A DNA stretch of 64,000 nt. Source: Auanema rhodensis (Eukaryota; Animalia; Nematoda). Shown here piece after piece: positions 1 to 14,333 of this stretch. Below the pieces are notes generated by a model, which made no database searches, had not been told where the DNA came from, and saw nothing but the letters and a program-made list of their open reading frames with translations. Made by a program: the position numbers and the translations under genes. The DNA is taken from the NCBI GenBank assembly GCA_964057225.1, contig OZ059899.1, forward strand, positions 14,384,001 through 14,448,000, given 5' to 3'. Numbering within the stretch: the stretch's first letter is position 1; every line of letters starts with the position of its first letter.

Positions 1-1806
1 AGACTAGGAGACATGTGAATGCCATAAACGTTTATATTAAAGATAATATATTATAATAATAATATAAATAAGGTTTAACTATATCATATGATATAGAAAT
101 AAAATTAAAAATTGAAATATACATCATGAGATCATCTGAAAAATATAGCTGAGAATGAAAACGTTTTCAATAGGACTAAAGATATAAACTCAATCCGAGT
201 TGATGCAATTTGCCACCCTCTCGCACTTACTCCATAGAACTTGAATGTCTTTACGATTGAAAAGTCGAATAAATTTAAAATATTTAGAAGAAAAATGCTT
301 ATGAAAATCAAAAATTTACAATGTGTGCTTATGAATATACATATAATTAGTGAAAGAATTATCGGAAAATGACGATTGAGCGGTAATTGATGAAACATTA
401 TATGAATGGATGTTAATCTGTTGATAAGCAAAAGCAAAATTTAAAAAGGAAATTGTTGAAAATGCATGTAAAAAAGAAAAAAAAGGCCGGAATTTGCATT
501 GTAAGCAACAAGTAGTAGAGAAGGAAAAGCTGATGACGACAACGACTAACATGCTGATGATGATGAGTATGGAGAAGTTCAAGATGATGAAGTTGTAAGC
601 TTTAATTCAACTTAAAGTAAGCTCAATATTTCGAGTTCTAATCAACATCACAACAACATATTTCCAAGACAATGAAATAGGAAATGAAGCTGAGTTGCCA
701 AAAAGTTTTTGGAACATCTGGATACAAGGTTGAGTAGATGAGGCATGATTCAGTTATGATAAATGAAATATACATATGTACATCTGTATACTTTTATAAT
801 CAAAAAAAAGTAAAAATAAATAGAGAAAGAGGGAGAATAGAGAGAGGGACAGAGAGAAGGAGAGAGAGAGAGAAAACTGAAGGTGGCGGTGCTAAGGGGT
901 GAGGGAGGGAAGACAAGATGTTGAATGAACAGATGAAAAAGCTCATAAGGACCTTCTTTATTTATGCAATTATTCTCCTTCTGCTTAGCTATACTCTTCT
1001 TATATTTAGCTCCCCGAAGGGCTTTTCTGGGTTGGTCTGAGCTTATATGATGAGCTTGTGGTACGAGTTCATCCGAACCATATAAACATATGTATGCATA
1101 GTTTGACAATATGATCAAATTATAAATTTAAATTTATGAAAGAAAAGCCTTAACTATATGATATAGTTAATATTCAGATGACATTGCTTATATGAAGATA
1201 TCAATCGTAGATATGAATATCATGATTACATAGAAGTAAAAGGAAAATAAGTGAGAACTGGTTGCAAAGTCAAATCATGAAGTTCTAAGGCTAACCTTTC
1301 AAAAACAAAGATGTTCGAACACGAAATAACTGAATAATTAAGTCAAAATGACATTGTGAGATAGAATTATTAAGATAAACTATGTGAAAATTGGAAACGA
1401 ATTATATTAAGAAGAGAAATTATAAGATCAAATCAGCTATCATCGTTGAAAAAAATCTCTAAAACGAGAAAATAAAAAGGTTATATTGAACACAATACAT
1501 AAAACGCACACACATATATACACACATACACAAAACATTAAATCTAAAAAGAGGAATACACAATAAGGAATAAAAGGAAAACGAGGGAAAGAGAGAGAGA
1601 AAAAGTGAAAAAGAGAGAGAGAGATAGAGAAAGAGAAAAAGAGAGAGAGGGAGGTCGCCAAAATGGCAACAGAGAATGAAATTCTAGGGAAGAAAACTGC
1701 TCCGAGTCGATTGAATTACCGGTTGTTAACATATCAATTGAGCACACAACGACTTAGCTTGTAAACCGACAACATAACATAGTTCTGAGAAGAAGGGAAT
1801 ACGTTC

Positions 1807-1823
1807 AGAGAGAGAGAGAGAGT

Positions 1824-1890
<67 letters not shown>
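1807..1890 (+). repeat. (AG)n microsatellite
   Basis: About 84 bp of nearly pure AG repeat. Confidence 0.95.
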
Positions 1891-4800
1891 GTTGATATGG
1901 AGCAAGAAGAGAAATAAGGAGAAAGAGATTACTAGAGGCGGGTAAGAAGTAGAGGTCAGAGAATGAATTTGAAAACTAAAAAAGAGAAAAAGCAGCGTCA
2001 AAGAGATAACTCGAACCTTTTAAGAGAGATTGGTTCGTAGAAACTGTGCCATTGGTGCAGAGATTGAAGAGAGCACGAGAGAAGACAGGAAAACGAGGTG
2101 ACTAGTGTAGAGGAGTAACAGCATAACTCGTATCAGAGAAAGGATGCAAATACTGAAGATGCTGCTTGTCAGTTAGATCAAAATCCTTATAAGGATTGAC
2201 TTCCTGACCCAATTGAGATTTGTGAGGACCTGTCAGTAGGCGAGAGAAGAGCATAAGATGTTCGACTGAAGTAAGCCTCGATAGCAACATACGATAAGCT
2301 GGAATTACCGAAAACAATTCAGAATGTTCAAATAGTCGAAATTTGCAGAAGTGTAAGGTGAGCCAGAAAAAACCATTTGAGAAGCTAGTAAGTTCCGGAA
2401 TCTGAGCTTGTCAGCTGTGCAATGAACTTCATCTAGAGCTCCAGCATCTTGATCCAGAGACTACAAGTCGTTAGTTGGACCAACTATTATCACTAAAATG
2501 TGACAAAAAAAGTTTTATAACGATGATGACTGGTCAGCCTGAAGAAGAAGTGAAACCAGCGAAATACAGCAACTGTTCGTCATAAAATTGCCGGAGGGCA
2601 ATTGAGCGGAACAGGCAATAAAGAAATTTCAATTAAATCATCAGTAATGATAAATTGAATAAGAAATCAGAGATTTTTTTGTTTGAAAAATGAATGAGGA
2701 TGTAAACTGAGAACAAAAATTGAAGATATGTGAAGAATTATAACAACTTAAATAGGTATAACTTAGAAAACTTTTAAGTAGATATCATTAGCTTCAATTT
2801 TCTATATTATATAAAATTTATATAATTAGATATAAATATACATAAATATGTGAATATTAGTAAAATATAATTAAGATTTAATAGATAATTTGAATAAGCA
2901 TTCGTTTAGAATTACAACCTTTAAAGATAAATAAATCTTTAACTATATGTACTACATATAATATAGTTTTACGTGTTATTTATAAAATACATTAAAGGTA
3001 AAAATGATGCCGAAACGAAAGTTTTATTTTACATTGAAGACGTATTTCGTGAATGTTTGTTGATAGCCAAGCTCCCCCCCCCCTTCCAGTCCAAGGCAAG
3101 CCGATATAGGCTTCGTAGAGCTAGGCCACGTCTATAAATGCACCAACAGACACATATAATAACGACACAAAAAATACTCAAAGTTGACGTGAAGTAGTTG
3201 AAAAGGTGCTGAAAGAAGACGAAGAAAACATCAACAACTATTCGAAATAGCAGGAATATGCGGATGTTTGCCGGTCAGGTGATGATGAGAATGAGAATGC
3301 TGATGAGAATGCTCGAATCTGGCCAACATTCATTACAGCTCGTTCAAAAGCCGTAAACGGGAACATAACCGTAACAACTGTTCCTAGACAGCAAGGATAG
3401 AAGTAGGATTGTGATGAGGGATCAGTGGCCTATGTGTCGGCTTCCAAAGGCAGAATAGATGCGATATTGAGCAGACAGGGATTACCGAGATGATGACATA
3501 CAAGCCAGCATACATCCAAGGTCAAAAAACTTTTTCATTTTACTCAAAAGGTGAGAGAGATAGGAGGGAGCAGATATTAAAACCTTTTGTGAGCTCGAAA
3601 AAGAAAGTTTAGCAACGAAGCTTCAAGAAGTAGAAGAAGCTTATGAAAACAAGGGAATCATGGAATATATGTCTAACTATCGGTTCAAACACCTTCATAT
3701 ACAAAGAAAGACGAGCAAGAAAAGTGAAGAAAAAAATGAGAAAACAAGAGAACATGTGAACGACATAAGATGAAATGAAGTAGATGTTGACGTTGAATAT
3801 GCTGAAGCATCGAAAAGAGATTAGGCAAGACGAAACAGAAGATGTAGCTCAAGCAGATGTTGAAGCATGAGCCTTGAATAGTGATGAAAGTGAAGAAGCT
3901 ATGATGAAGACAAGCTCTCATACATGACATATGTGAGAAATCAACTAAATCAACGATCTCTACGATGACTATGATGTTACTGCTACTGCTGACGAGCTAC
4001 ACGACGATGAGGATGAAGATGAGCACACACACACACACAACATACCAGTATGATGAAGCAAACGATAAAGACACGATGATCGCTTATAATGATGAAGAAA
4101 CCGAAGAAGAAGATGATGATGGTGGTAGTGGTGTCAATGCAAACGTAAAAAGCAAAAAAACGAAGATGACAAAGCCATCGATTAAGATTATAGAAGAAGA
4201 TCTTCATGAGCATCTACATACCGCCAATAGAAAACATGAAGAAGCATACAAGCTTCTTCCAGAGCATAAGCATCTTCTATACTATATTACACAAACTTGA
4301 TTTGATTTGTATATTCTGCTAAGTGCAGAAGACACAACGACAAAGCATGTACGGATACAAACTATCATGAAATCACATATAGTTAAGATAAACTGACTGT
4401 CAAGAAAAGTTTTTATATTTTTCTTGTTGTTTTAAGTAATGTTGTTGTTTTGTTAGTAATATGATTTCAAGAATAAAATTATATAGAGTTTGTATAATAT
4501 ATAAATACTTATAAATAAAAAATAAAATATACTATATACTATATTATATAGATAACTATATATACATAATATATATGTACAGAAAAGGAGAGAGAGAAAG
4601 AGAGATAAAGAGAGAGAACGAGAGAGAGAGAGAAAGAGAGAATAAGAAATAGATACAAAGTATGTTATAGAGTAGGTGGGATGAGATATACTTATCTTAA
4701 TAAAAAGTATAAAACTAATTAAATAAATAACTAGCATTAATTTTTTTTAAATTCAATAATAATTAAAAATAGTTATTTTCAAAAGATTATTGAACAAAAA

Positions 4801-5198
4801 AATTGCGTGGAAACCGACAAGATTGAAAGTGAAAAATTGAAATGCAGGAGGGAGGGGGGCGGACGAACGAAGAGGAATAAGCACAACCATTCTGAGTCAA
4901 CTAAATGTACGAAATGAATTAACTCATCTTTAAAATTAGATTTTACGTGAACATTTCACGTCAACTAATGAATAAGTAGAATTTATTACTGAGATTGAGA
5001 GAGTAATATGAAAATAGTAGTACTGTTAGAAAATGAATTAACATTGGTGCACAAGAATAAGAAAGAGAACAAAACGAATTTTTGCTATCAAAAATAAATT
5101 TTTTGATCATTAAAGATAACTATAAATATAGAATAAGAAAAATAAATATATGAAGATATAGAAAAAGAAGAAGAGAGATATAGAGATCGATAAAGATG

Positions 5199-5262
<64 letters not shown>
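5199..5262 (+). repeat. (AG)n microsatellite
   Basis: Directly visible; source of the spurious RERERE/SLSLSL ORFs here. Confidence 0.95.
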
Positions 5263-5263
<1 letters not shown>

Positions 5264-7090
5264 GATAGGTAGGGAGGTAGATAGAGATATACACGTATAC
5301 ATAGAGAAATACGGAGAATCGCATAAGAATAAAATGAAAACTATAACTAACAAACATATAATTTGTAAAAAGATCTGCATGTACATGTTAAGAATAAACA
5401 AATAGTAAAGAGAGTAAAACAAAAAAGGAAATTGCAGTAGTAAGGTGAGATATTATTAAAATAAAAAAGTATAGATAGAAGAATAAGGAGGAACAAACTT
5501 TTTTCTCTAAATATATCTCTAACCGCTTAGCTCTCCCTCTCTTTCTTTCTTTCTTTCTCTTTTTCTCTCTCTCTCTCTCACTCTCTCTCTTTCTCTCTGT
5601 ATGCCTATCTTTCCCGCGTACTGGTTGTTGTTCTCTTTTTTATTTAATTCCTAAAAAAATCGAAGAACAATCTAATAAACGACAAAAAAAAATAAGAGAA
5701 ATATGTAAGTGCAGGAGGAAGTGGTGTAAGCTGTAATGAGGCATATCTGCAGAATACTTACGATATTTGATATGTGGCCAGAAATGAAAAGTATAAAATA
5801 TATAGATTATATGATATGGTTATGATAATTTTTAATTTGTATTCTATTTATATTTGAATCTTTATAGGTTATTGAGAAAAGAGAAAGAAGAGAGATGTTC
5901 CACCATACGGAAAATGCTATTACATCGTTTTAACGGAAATTCTGAATGCAATGATGTGGATAGAGCATGGCTGTGGCAGAATGATGGCGGATATTGAAAC
6001 ATTACTATCAAAATCTGAAAAGAAGAAGATGTTATTGAATCATTCAAGTTGGGCTAAATGAGCCAGATGAGAAGTTTTAATTAAGAGATTGGATTGAGAA
6101 CATCAGCAAAGATGTCCTGAGGGCACGTTGTATGCATGTGTCTGTCAAACTCTCATGTATGGATGGTTAGCAGAAGAAATAAGATAAGAGAAGCAAAAGC
6201 TTTGAAACATGAGAAATGAGGAAGAGCTAAAAGACGGAATCGGATAATGGACACGGAGGACGAGAACAATGTGAACGATGTCAACTAGTGGAAGCAGTTG
6301 AATCAGAATGATGATAGGTCGTTGCCGGTTTTGCGGTTCCGATGCCCTTTTTCCGGTCAAGAGCAGGTTGGAAAAGCCTGAAAACTTAATTAGATATAGC
6401 TATGCATCTAGAATCCTTTTCTTTTAACAAAAATTAAGAAAGCAGATGCTGAAGATGAGGAAGCGAATAGAAACATTTATTTTTTCTTATGAAAAGCAGA
6501 TGATGTATAAGGTGACGATGATGGTCATATCCCGGCTTAAGGGGTTTTCTTCTGTTTTTTTCTCAATTTTAAGGAACAAAAATGCTGAGCATATGCTGCA
6601 CAATTCATTCATACACACAACAAACAGCAAACAAAATGTAAACATTGAACAACATATATTGCTTTTTCAAAGCATTTTCACAATCTAAAATCATATTTTT
6701 ACTGAAAATAAGAGAAATCGTCTTCATCTGCTCTCTTCTTTTAGATGATCTTTGTCAACAGGTTTCAGCTTTGTCTTTTTCGTTTAAAGCTTCTCCTGCG
6801 TTTTGTGCATCAGAAAAAGTAATCGCTGCAATTCTATTGCAATGGGCATGAGATGAGACTCCTTCGATTTAACATCCATGGATATAGCTGGAGCACAATA
6901 GCTGTGCTTTTTCGGTTTTTGACGTTGTCAGTGTTGATTTGACGATGTGAAAAGATGATTGTTTTTAAGCCATTTAAACAGAATCATTCTTTTTCAAATA
7001 TTTTAAAAATTGTATGAAATATTATATAATTAAAGAGATTGTGATTAAAATATTACAAGAGAATACAGATCCTTATAAGAGAAGGCAAGA

Positions 7091-7096
<6 letters not shown>

Positions 7097-7144
<48 letters not shown>
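7097..7144 (+). repeat. (AG)n microsatellite
   Basis: Directly visible. Confidence 0.95.
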
Positions 7145-7148
<4 letters not shown>

Positions 7149-7662
7149 GAAGAAGCTGACGATGATGAAGAAAATGGATATAGAATGAAAGAAACAAAAA
7201 GCTTTTTTCTTTTTCTTCTTCATTTGTTGTGGGAGAAACTAACTCAAATTTCATGAGGTTTAGATGAAAAACATCTCATAAAATAATATAAATATCACTT
7301 TATATCTATTCTATTCTTCTTCTTTTCTTTTTTCTTTATTTATTTAATTTCATTTATTCTTCATTTTATTCAACATTACCAATTTTTTAATATTATACTA
7401 TATATAAATATATATATATGTTATGTATAATATAAAATAATATGATAATAATATTTAAATTATTAAGTAATTTAATTAATATTGTATTTATAATTCTATA
7501 TTTTTTAATAAAAGTTTAATTATATAATCATCAAATTAGCATGACATGTGTATTCGAAAGATTTCCAACTTTAAGACAATTCAAGGTATAGAGAACGATA
7601 GATGAAATGTTTGAGAGTGTATGAGAATATGAGAAGGGATAGATAGAAGAGAATAAAAAAGA

Positions 7663-7699
<37 letters not shown>

Positions 7700-7850
7700 A
7701 GAGAGAGGGACAAAGAGGGACAAAGAGAGAAAAAGAAAGAGAGAATGTGTGTGTGGGGCAGATATGAAATCAGAAATCATTGATAAACAGACAGATCATA
7801 GAAGTTATTCTCTAATTAATCTATAATATAAGAATACTATTCATATTCTA

Positions 7851-10800
7851 TTAATAATCAATTCCCAAAATTGTAGTTTCAGTCTCCCATTCCAGATCGA
7901 CATAGGTGAAATTCCAAACAGTTGGTTGACCATAGTGAGGAGCAACAACATTTGTATTATCCCAGCTGCAACAAAACAATATTAAATCTGTAGAAGCATG
8001 AAGAGCATACCTAAAGACTGGAAGTGGATCATATGGTGGTCCTCCCCAAGCTCTGAAGCGAAGCTTCTTGAACATTTCAAAGTTGGTTCCCTGCAAAGAA
8101 ATACAATTGAACGTTATATAACATTGTGGTTTGTTATAAGCATCTAACAAGAAGTACAAACCTTGTAGTCAAGTCCTCCGTGATTACGGAATCCCATGCT
8201 TTCAACTTCATAAGTTCCATTTACTGGATTAAGATCTCCACGAGCAGAGATACCAGCCTATTAAAGTTAACATATACATGAAATTAATGAAAAAAGTTGG
8301 ATAAAGCTGAAGAAAATTGATTAAAATCGTTTGAAATGTAGTTGTAAGAGGAATTTTCTATTGGCGTAAAAAGTTCAAAAAAAAAACCTCAGCAGTGTAT
8401 GGTGGATTGCATTTGCACTTAGCGAGCTCATCATGTGTATAATCATTATATCTAAATAAGAAGAAAATAGTATTGTATCAGAATATATTCTACTCTGACT
8501 GTTCCAGTCTTAAGCTTACCTCATAAGCTTGGTGAGAGTATCAATATCTACAACCTTGTTGTGATCTCTGTGGAAGATGCGAGCACGTGGAGAAGCTCCC
8601 CACTTGTACCAATCAAATTCGGCTTCCTTAAATAAAAATTATTAATAATAGTTATGATAATTAGATAGCTTTTACCTTAGTACTGAATCCAGAAATAATG
8701 CTAACATCGGTAAGATATGGAATATTGTATGATGGGAAGTAGGAGAAACGCTCAAGGAACCAGGTCATATCACGAGTTGAAGTATATCCACTGAAACAAT
8801 TTTAACTATAACATATAGTTAACACTATTTTTTTGACTTACGGAGTTTGTTCGAGAATCCAGATGAAGTCCTTCTTAGGGATAGGCTGACCAGGCTTGAA
8901 GCTCTTGTAATCAACAACAGTCCATTGATTGTTATATGTTCCAGAATTGTATTTTTCAAACATATTTACCCAATCTTTAGGTGTTCTAAGCAAAATTCAG
9001 TCATATTAATACTAACTATGCTAATTCTAAGGCTTACTTAGTTAAAGCATTACAAAGGAAGGAACGAATCCAGCAATGCACTTGTCCTTCTGGCTTAATG
9101 TACAGATCGGAGTACAAGGTAGTGTTGAAGATAGCAATAGTAGTTTCGATTGATGCCTATAGAGAAGAGCGTTGAAGAAGCACATAAACAGTATAAGCAT
9201 GTATGCTTATAACTAATTAGATGAAACATACCATTCCAGCACTTGTAAGTGTATAATCATCAGCAGAAGAAAGAGCAGCAGGATATCCAGAGAATGAAAC
9301 AATACGTCCAGGTACTTCCTTCTCATCTAAAATTTATTATTATTATTAATATATTTTTAATTATAAATATATTATATATATAATAATTAAAATTAATTAT
9401 AACTAACCATAAGCGAATTTGTAAAGCTTAAGAATACGGTTCATGGTGGCATAGCTGGACATAGCAACGTGAGAGAAGAAAAGATCCTGCAATGATGATC
9501 ATGTTACATCAACTTCAGTTTTCAATTTCTTTGGATATTATTATTGTACTTGTTGTTATTTTATGAATAAAATAAACAAACATGTACATGAATAAATTCA
9601 AAACATTTCTGACCTTGTTTCCGGGAGCAAGCTTAACTAAACCAGAGCAGCGTCCAGCTTCAGGGTATTCTTGTGGATCAGGAGTCTTGTTCAAATACTT
9701 ATTCAAATCGAACATTTCACCAGAAAGTTGAATCATGCTGAATATACGAAGAGAAGTTAATACGAATTCCTTGATTATCATACTAGATTGGATGAAGATC
9801 GAAGCCAATCTCTGGAGTCAAGTTACGCTTCATGTATCCATCATAGATACCAGTCATTTGAGCAAAAGTCAAGTTAACCTATAATTATACCAAATTAGCA
9901 TATTTCATGTAAACATCACGTAACGTGAACTTTTTATTTTTTAACAAAACAAAGACACAAATCGGTTGTTTTCTCATATTATTTTTCTATTATTATTATT
10001 ATTTTGGTTATATTATAACCCGAAAAACTTACATGTCTCCAGTAGACATCAGTTGGTGACTTAGCAACAACCTGAGATCTAAGCCAATCCAAGTTTTTGG
10101 ATAAATATTTGTATAAACGTTTGCAGAATGTTCTAAATAAAAATAATTATTAGTATTATTATTATCAGTCAATTATTATAAAAAAATTATTTCGTTTCTA
10201 TTTATTTCAGTGATAAGTCAGATAACTTACGTGTGATCTTTGCACAGCTCTTCAATTGTATTACGATAGTGATAATAGATTTGAAGACGAGTTAATTCTC
10301 CTGAAAGTTGGAAAAATGAAACTTAAAGTTTATGAAAACTGAAAGCAAGGATTTTCATCGTGTAAACACGTACCTTCGGCTACTCCAGCAGCATAAGCTT
10401 GAACATCGTATGGGAATCCCTTGAAAGTTTCGATTTCAAGAATACCCCATCTGCAAAAAAAAAGATTTTGATCATTAAGAGAAACAAAAGAATTACGAGG
10501 GGGGGGTGAGGATAGTTGGTTAGATAGATAGAGAGGGGTTAGTGATAAGATTACAACAAAATTTCAAATTCGAATAATGATAAAAAGTGGGAAAATGTTG
10601 AAAACGAGACGAAAAAGGCTACTACTATACCCAGTTGTATTCACTTGATTAGTGTATTTTCCGAGAGCAACTTGATTGCCACCATCACAGGACTTGGAGT
10701 ATTTCAGCTCAAGAAGCTCAATGCTAGAGCCATTGGTACAAACGGATACGTATGTGTATGGGAAACGTGAAGATCCATGAGGATTAGATGGCTCAGGTTC

Positions 10801-11017
10801 ACCAGCTTTCTGTAAATCATCATCATCATCATCATCATCGTTAACTACTAATAGTAGTTATACATATAAAGTAACTAATTCAATAATTAAATATATGTAT
10901 AGTTAGTTATGTGTTAAACTAAAAACTTACATTAGTATTCAGAAAATCTTTTTCAGTACGTGGAGATCTAGCTAAGGCTAAAACTGCCAATGAGGCAATA
11001 GCAAGTATGAGACGCAT
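7851..11017 (-). CDS. PLBD2: Phospholipase B-like protein (PLBD2/LAMA-like lysosomal N-terminal-nucleophile hydrolase), complete, 17 exons, 581 aa
   Basis: Hand-spliced GT-AG exons (plus coordinates): 10931-11017, 10631-10809, 10374-10450, 10231-10300, 10033-10132, 9784-9878, 9614-9737, 9408-9486, 9232-9326, 9038-9156, 8842-8985, 8676-8790, 8520-8626, 8388-8451, 8162-8257, 8011-8090, 7851-7965. The total is 1746 nt with consistent phases and a TAA stop. The N-terminus looks like a signal peptide (MRLILAIASLAVLALA). Family motifs: QVNTTGWGILEIET, QAYAAGVAEG, GRCSGLVKLAPGNKDLFFSH (Cys nucleophile), FSGYPAALSSADD, IETT, NSGTYNNQW, YFPSYNIPY, SPRARIFHRDH, MRYNDY, ISARGDLN, GGLDYK, GGPPYDPLPVFSW, HYGQPTVWNF. 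Several N-glycosylation sequons are present. Which nematode paralogue this is remains unresolved. Confidence 0.95.
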
Positions 11018-11027
11018 GATCTGTAAT
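11018..11027 (-). promoter_or_regulatory. Probable SL trans-splice acceptor of the PLBD2-like gene
   Basis: The minus strand reads ATTACAG|ATC ATG, placing a CAG 3 nt before the start codon after an AT-rich stretch. This is typical of nematode outron acceptors. Confidence 0.55.
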
Positions 11028-11417
11028 AATCAGATGGTTTACTAGCTAGAAGAAGAGATTTTACATTTAAAATTTTAAACAAATGTAATATTGAAGAAAA
11101 AAGAATATAATAAGTAAAAATAATTATATAACTATATAGTATATAGTTATAAAATGAGTTAAAACTTGAATAAAGTAAAAGAGACAGAGAGAAGGAGAAA
11201 TGAAATTATTGAAGTAGCAGATTAAAATCTTTATTTAAATTATTTTTAATTATATAAATAACAGTATTAATATAATAATAATAAAACAGTTGAAAAAAAA
11301 TCAAATCAAGTCTAGAAAGTAACCAACACTTCGTGAAATGATTTTAGCTTCTGATTATGCTTGAGCGCTAAATGCTTACATCCCCCCAGTATTGCCGATA
11401 AGATTGGAACGAATTAA

Positions 11418-11444
11418 GAACTGATAACCTGATGTTATCAGTTC
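11418..11444. promoter_or_regulatory. Inverted pair of ACTGATAA GATA sites (ELT-2-type) about 400 bp upstream of PLBD2
   Basis: GAACTGATAAC-CTGAT-GTTATCAGTTC has perfect 11-bp arms. Each arm contains ACTGATAA, the established intestinal GATA-factor consensus in Caenorhabditis. Confidence 0.55.
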
Positions 11445-12657
11445 ATATATGGCATTATTATTCTCCTACAATTACATAAGAAGTCTACTTTTAATGAAAA
11501 AAAAAGAAGAAATTTGGAGAAACAAGAAAAAAAGCAAAACTTCAATGATAAAAATGAAAAAAAAAATTTCAAAATAAGATGATTAATGATTATAATAATA
11601 ATAATAATCAGCTGATTTCATATAATATCAATTAATTAATTATATGCATATAGTTAATTTATAAAAATAGAATAATATTAAATATATTCTTATAATAATA
11701 TATATTCAAATGAAATTATTTTTAATGAATATACTTGAAAGCTAGCTAAATTTCAGTACTTTGAAACAAAAACATTCTACTTTGGTTTATGTTAGTTATA
11801 GTTTGGTTGATTATAATGATAAAACTATTTAAAAATATATTAACTATATATGTATATTATTGATTTTCTTTTCTTTTTTTTTTTAATTTTTTAACGAAAA
11901 ATGTACAAAAAAACTTTTATAATTTTCTTCGATATTATACTATTTTATTTCTTTTTATTTATAAATTAAAAAATTATATGTATAGTTAACTGAATTGATC
12001 GTTTTTTTCTTTTATTTCTTTTCTTTTTTTGAAAATATTTCATCACACAGCTTAAATAAGATTTATTAATATTGTGTATTTTTCTCTCCGATTTTTCTGA
12101 TTTTTCTATCCAATTTTTACCTTTTAACTCAACATATGCTAGATCTTGCCTATCTGTATTTAACTTCTTGGTCGTTTTCATCTTCTTTGATTCCTTTTCT
12201 TACACATCCCAATGACGGAAAACAACGCGCCGAAGTGGGTCAGCTGTGCCAATCGTGCTTTGACTCATCCTGAAATGCCCCACAAGATTTCTGTATAGAG
12301 ACAATCAGAGATTGTGAAGAAGATCTGCAATGTTTCTCTCATTTGGTGGTACATCACAGAAAGAGAGAAAATAGCATTGGATCTTTAAAACGTCAAAGAG
12401 AGAGAGAGAAAGAGAGAGAGATCAAGAGAGAGACTGAGAAAGATAGAGGTTGAATCTGCTTTTACTCAATCAAATAGAAAATGAAAAAGCTATATGAAGA
12501 TGAAGAGAAACTAGACAAGGATATAGCTAGATAAGCCAATTGCTATAAAGAGGTTTCTTTTAAGAGTGAAATGGCAAAGAGAATATCTTGAATGTTATTT
12601 TGTGTTGAAAGGTCATAGCTCGCTTCCAATCATGATATACAACTCTCATTATCATTC

Positions 12658-12665
12658 TCACGTGA
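12658..12665. promoter_or_regulatory. TCACGTGA E-box (HLH-30/TFEB CLEAR-like) upstream of the lysosomal PLBD2 gene
   Basis: Exact TCACGTGA about 1.6 kb upstream of the ATG, followed by a TTACGTGA variant at 12669-12676. Function is inferred only from the motif and the gene class. Confidence 0.35.
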
Positions 12666-13317
12666 ACCTTACGTGAATCTCATGTTCAAATTATTCTAAG
12701 ATTTTGGTTCGTTCAACACGGTTGTATTTCACCTTCATTTTACTTTTTTTTCAAATTTTCAACCATCTTTCATGCATCATCACGTTGTTCTTCTTATCAT
12801 ATTGCTATTGTATTGAAATAATATTATGTGTTTTATAGCCTCAGGCTAATTTGCCAGACGATTGACGTTGTTAACGATGATGATATCCTATGAATCATGA
12901 CTGACCAGATAGTTTCGAGAATTAAGCCCCAACTATAGCAAGCCTCTTCTATGAATAGAAAGGTGTTCATTTTCCTGTTTTCTTCTTGGTCTTTTCTAGT
13001 CATGCTTCTACTCTTTTTTCTTTTTCTTCTTGTTCTTGTACATCGTCACATCTATTATACAGTAAATGGCCTTTCACACTTTTCATCAACACCTTCACTT
13101 ATCACTTTCGTCACATATCATATATCATTTATATAAATGTATAAACTAATTATATGCATAGTTAAATCCATGAGATTGACATGATATACGCATATCTCCA
13201 CCACATGAATGATGATGATGGCGGCAAATATCACACACGCAGGCCCGAACACACAAAACATTTTTGTTGTTCATGACTGTATATACGTGTGACCATTTAA
13301 CTTTGTTCACAACTATC

Positions 13318-13348
<31 letters not shown>

Positions 13349-14299
13349 TCTCTCTCTCACCCTTTCTCTCTCTCTCATTTTTCATGAGGATTTTCCATCC
13401 TATTCATCTTTATTTTTTCTTCATCAATCATCAGCCGCTAACCTATGAGCAGATGTTGATGCGCCGGGTAATCTGTTGGATATCCAAAAAAAATTTCATT
13501 TTTCTATTTTTTTCCTCTGCGATTGTTTCGCCTTTCTCTTTTTTTTTCTTTTTTTTTTGATTTCTCTATCACCTGACAAGAAACTTTCTTTCAATTTTCT
13601 TCAATAACTTTCAAAATATTTTTTGATAATTGTGTGAACGCATCAAGAGATAGTTGTGGAGCAATATGCACTATAAACTATGAGATTGTTCAAGCTGTAA
13701 CCATGCTGTTGATAGTTTGCTGTAGAGAATAGTAGGCTGTATAGTATGGTATTGATACATATAGAGAGATACAACCAAATCCATATGGCCCCCATATTTC
13801 ATATTTAAGAAAGAAAAATAAATATAGATCATTACGTCATAATTAATAAATGAGTTATATCTCAGAAATGTATTGAAAGAAACAGAAGAAGATTTCTCTC
13901 TCTCTCTTTGTATATATCTCTGAAAATCCTTTTTAACAGATTCAGTTTATACATGATTATGTGTTATAAGAGAAATAATGACTTAGTATTGGAGATACTT
14001 AGTCAATTGGTTGATTGCTTGTTCTCATTTTCCATGCATTGTTCTGATATTTCTTCACGTCATGAAGGTTATATGCAAACATGTCTCAGCCGGTTAGGTT
14101 AAGATTAAGAAGAAGAATAAGAGAAATGTTTTTCCAATAACTCTCTTTGTCTCTTCCAAAAGATTTAAATGTTCATTCTGCTTTCTATTACTTGTTGTCG
14201 TTAACTAAATAGTATATGATATATATATATATTTCTGTCATGGCTTATTCTTTCACCTTTTAACACCCTGCTTCCCTCTCTCTCTTTCTACTCTCTCTC

Positions 14300-14333
<34 letters not shown>

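Noticed and set aside
3088-3130. AAGCCGATATAGGCTT palindrome with telomere-like GGC/GCC, considered as a programmed DNA elimination break motif
   Set aside because: Single short instance with no TTAGGC array in the window; cannot be matched to a defined elimination motif without a PWM search.
3180-4300. Plus-strand E/K/D-rich frames, including ORF 3965-4300
   Set aside because: Explained by purine skew and (GAT/GAA)n and (CA)n repeats. The frames are interrupted by stops, with no consistent splice chain and no recognisable domain.
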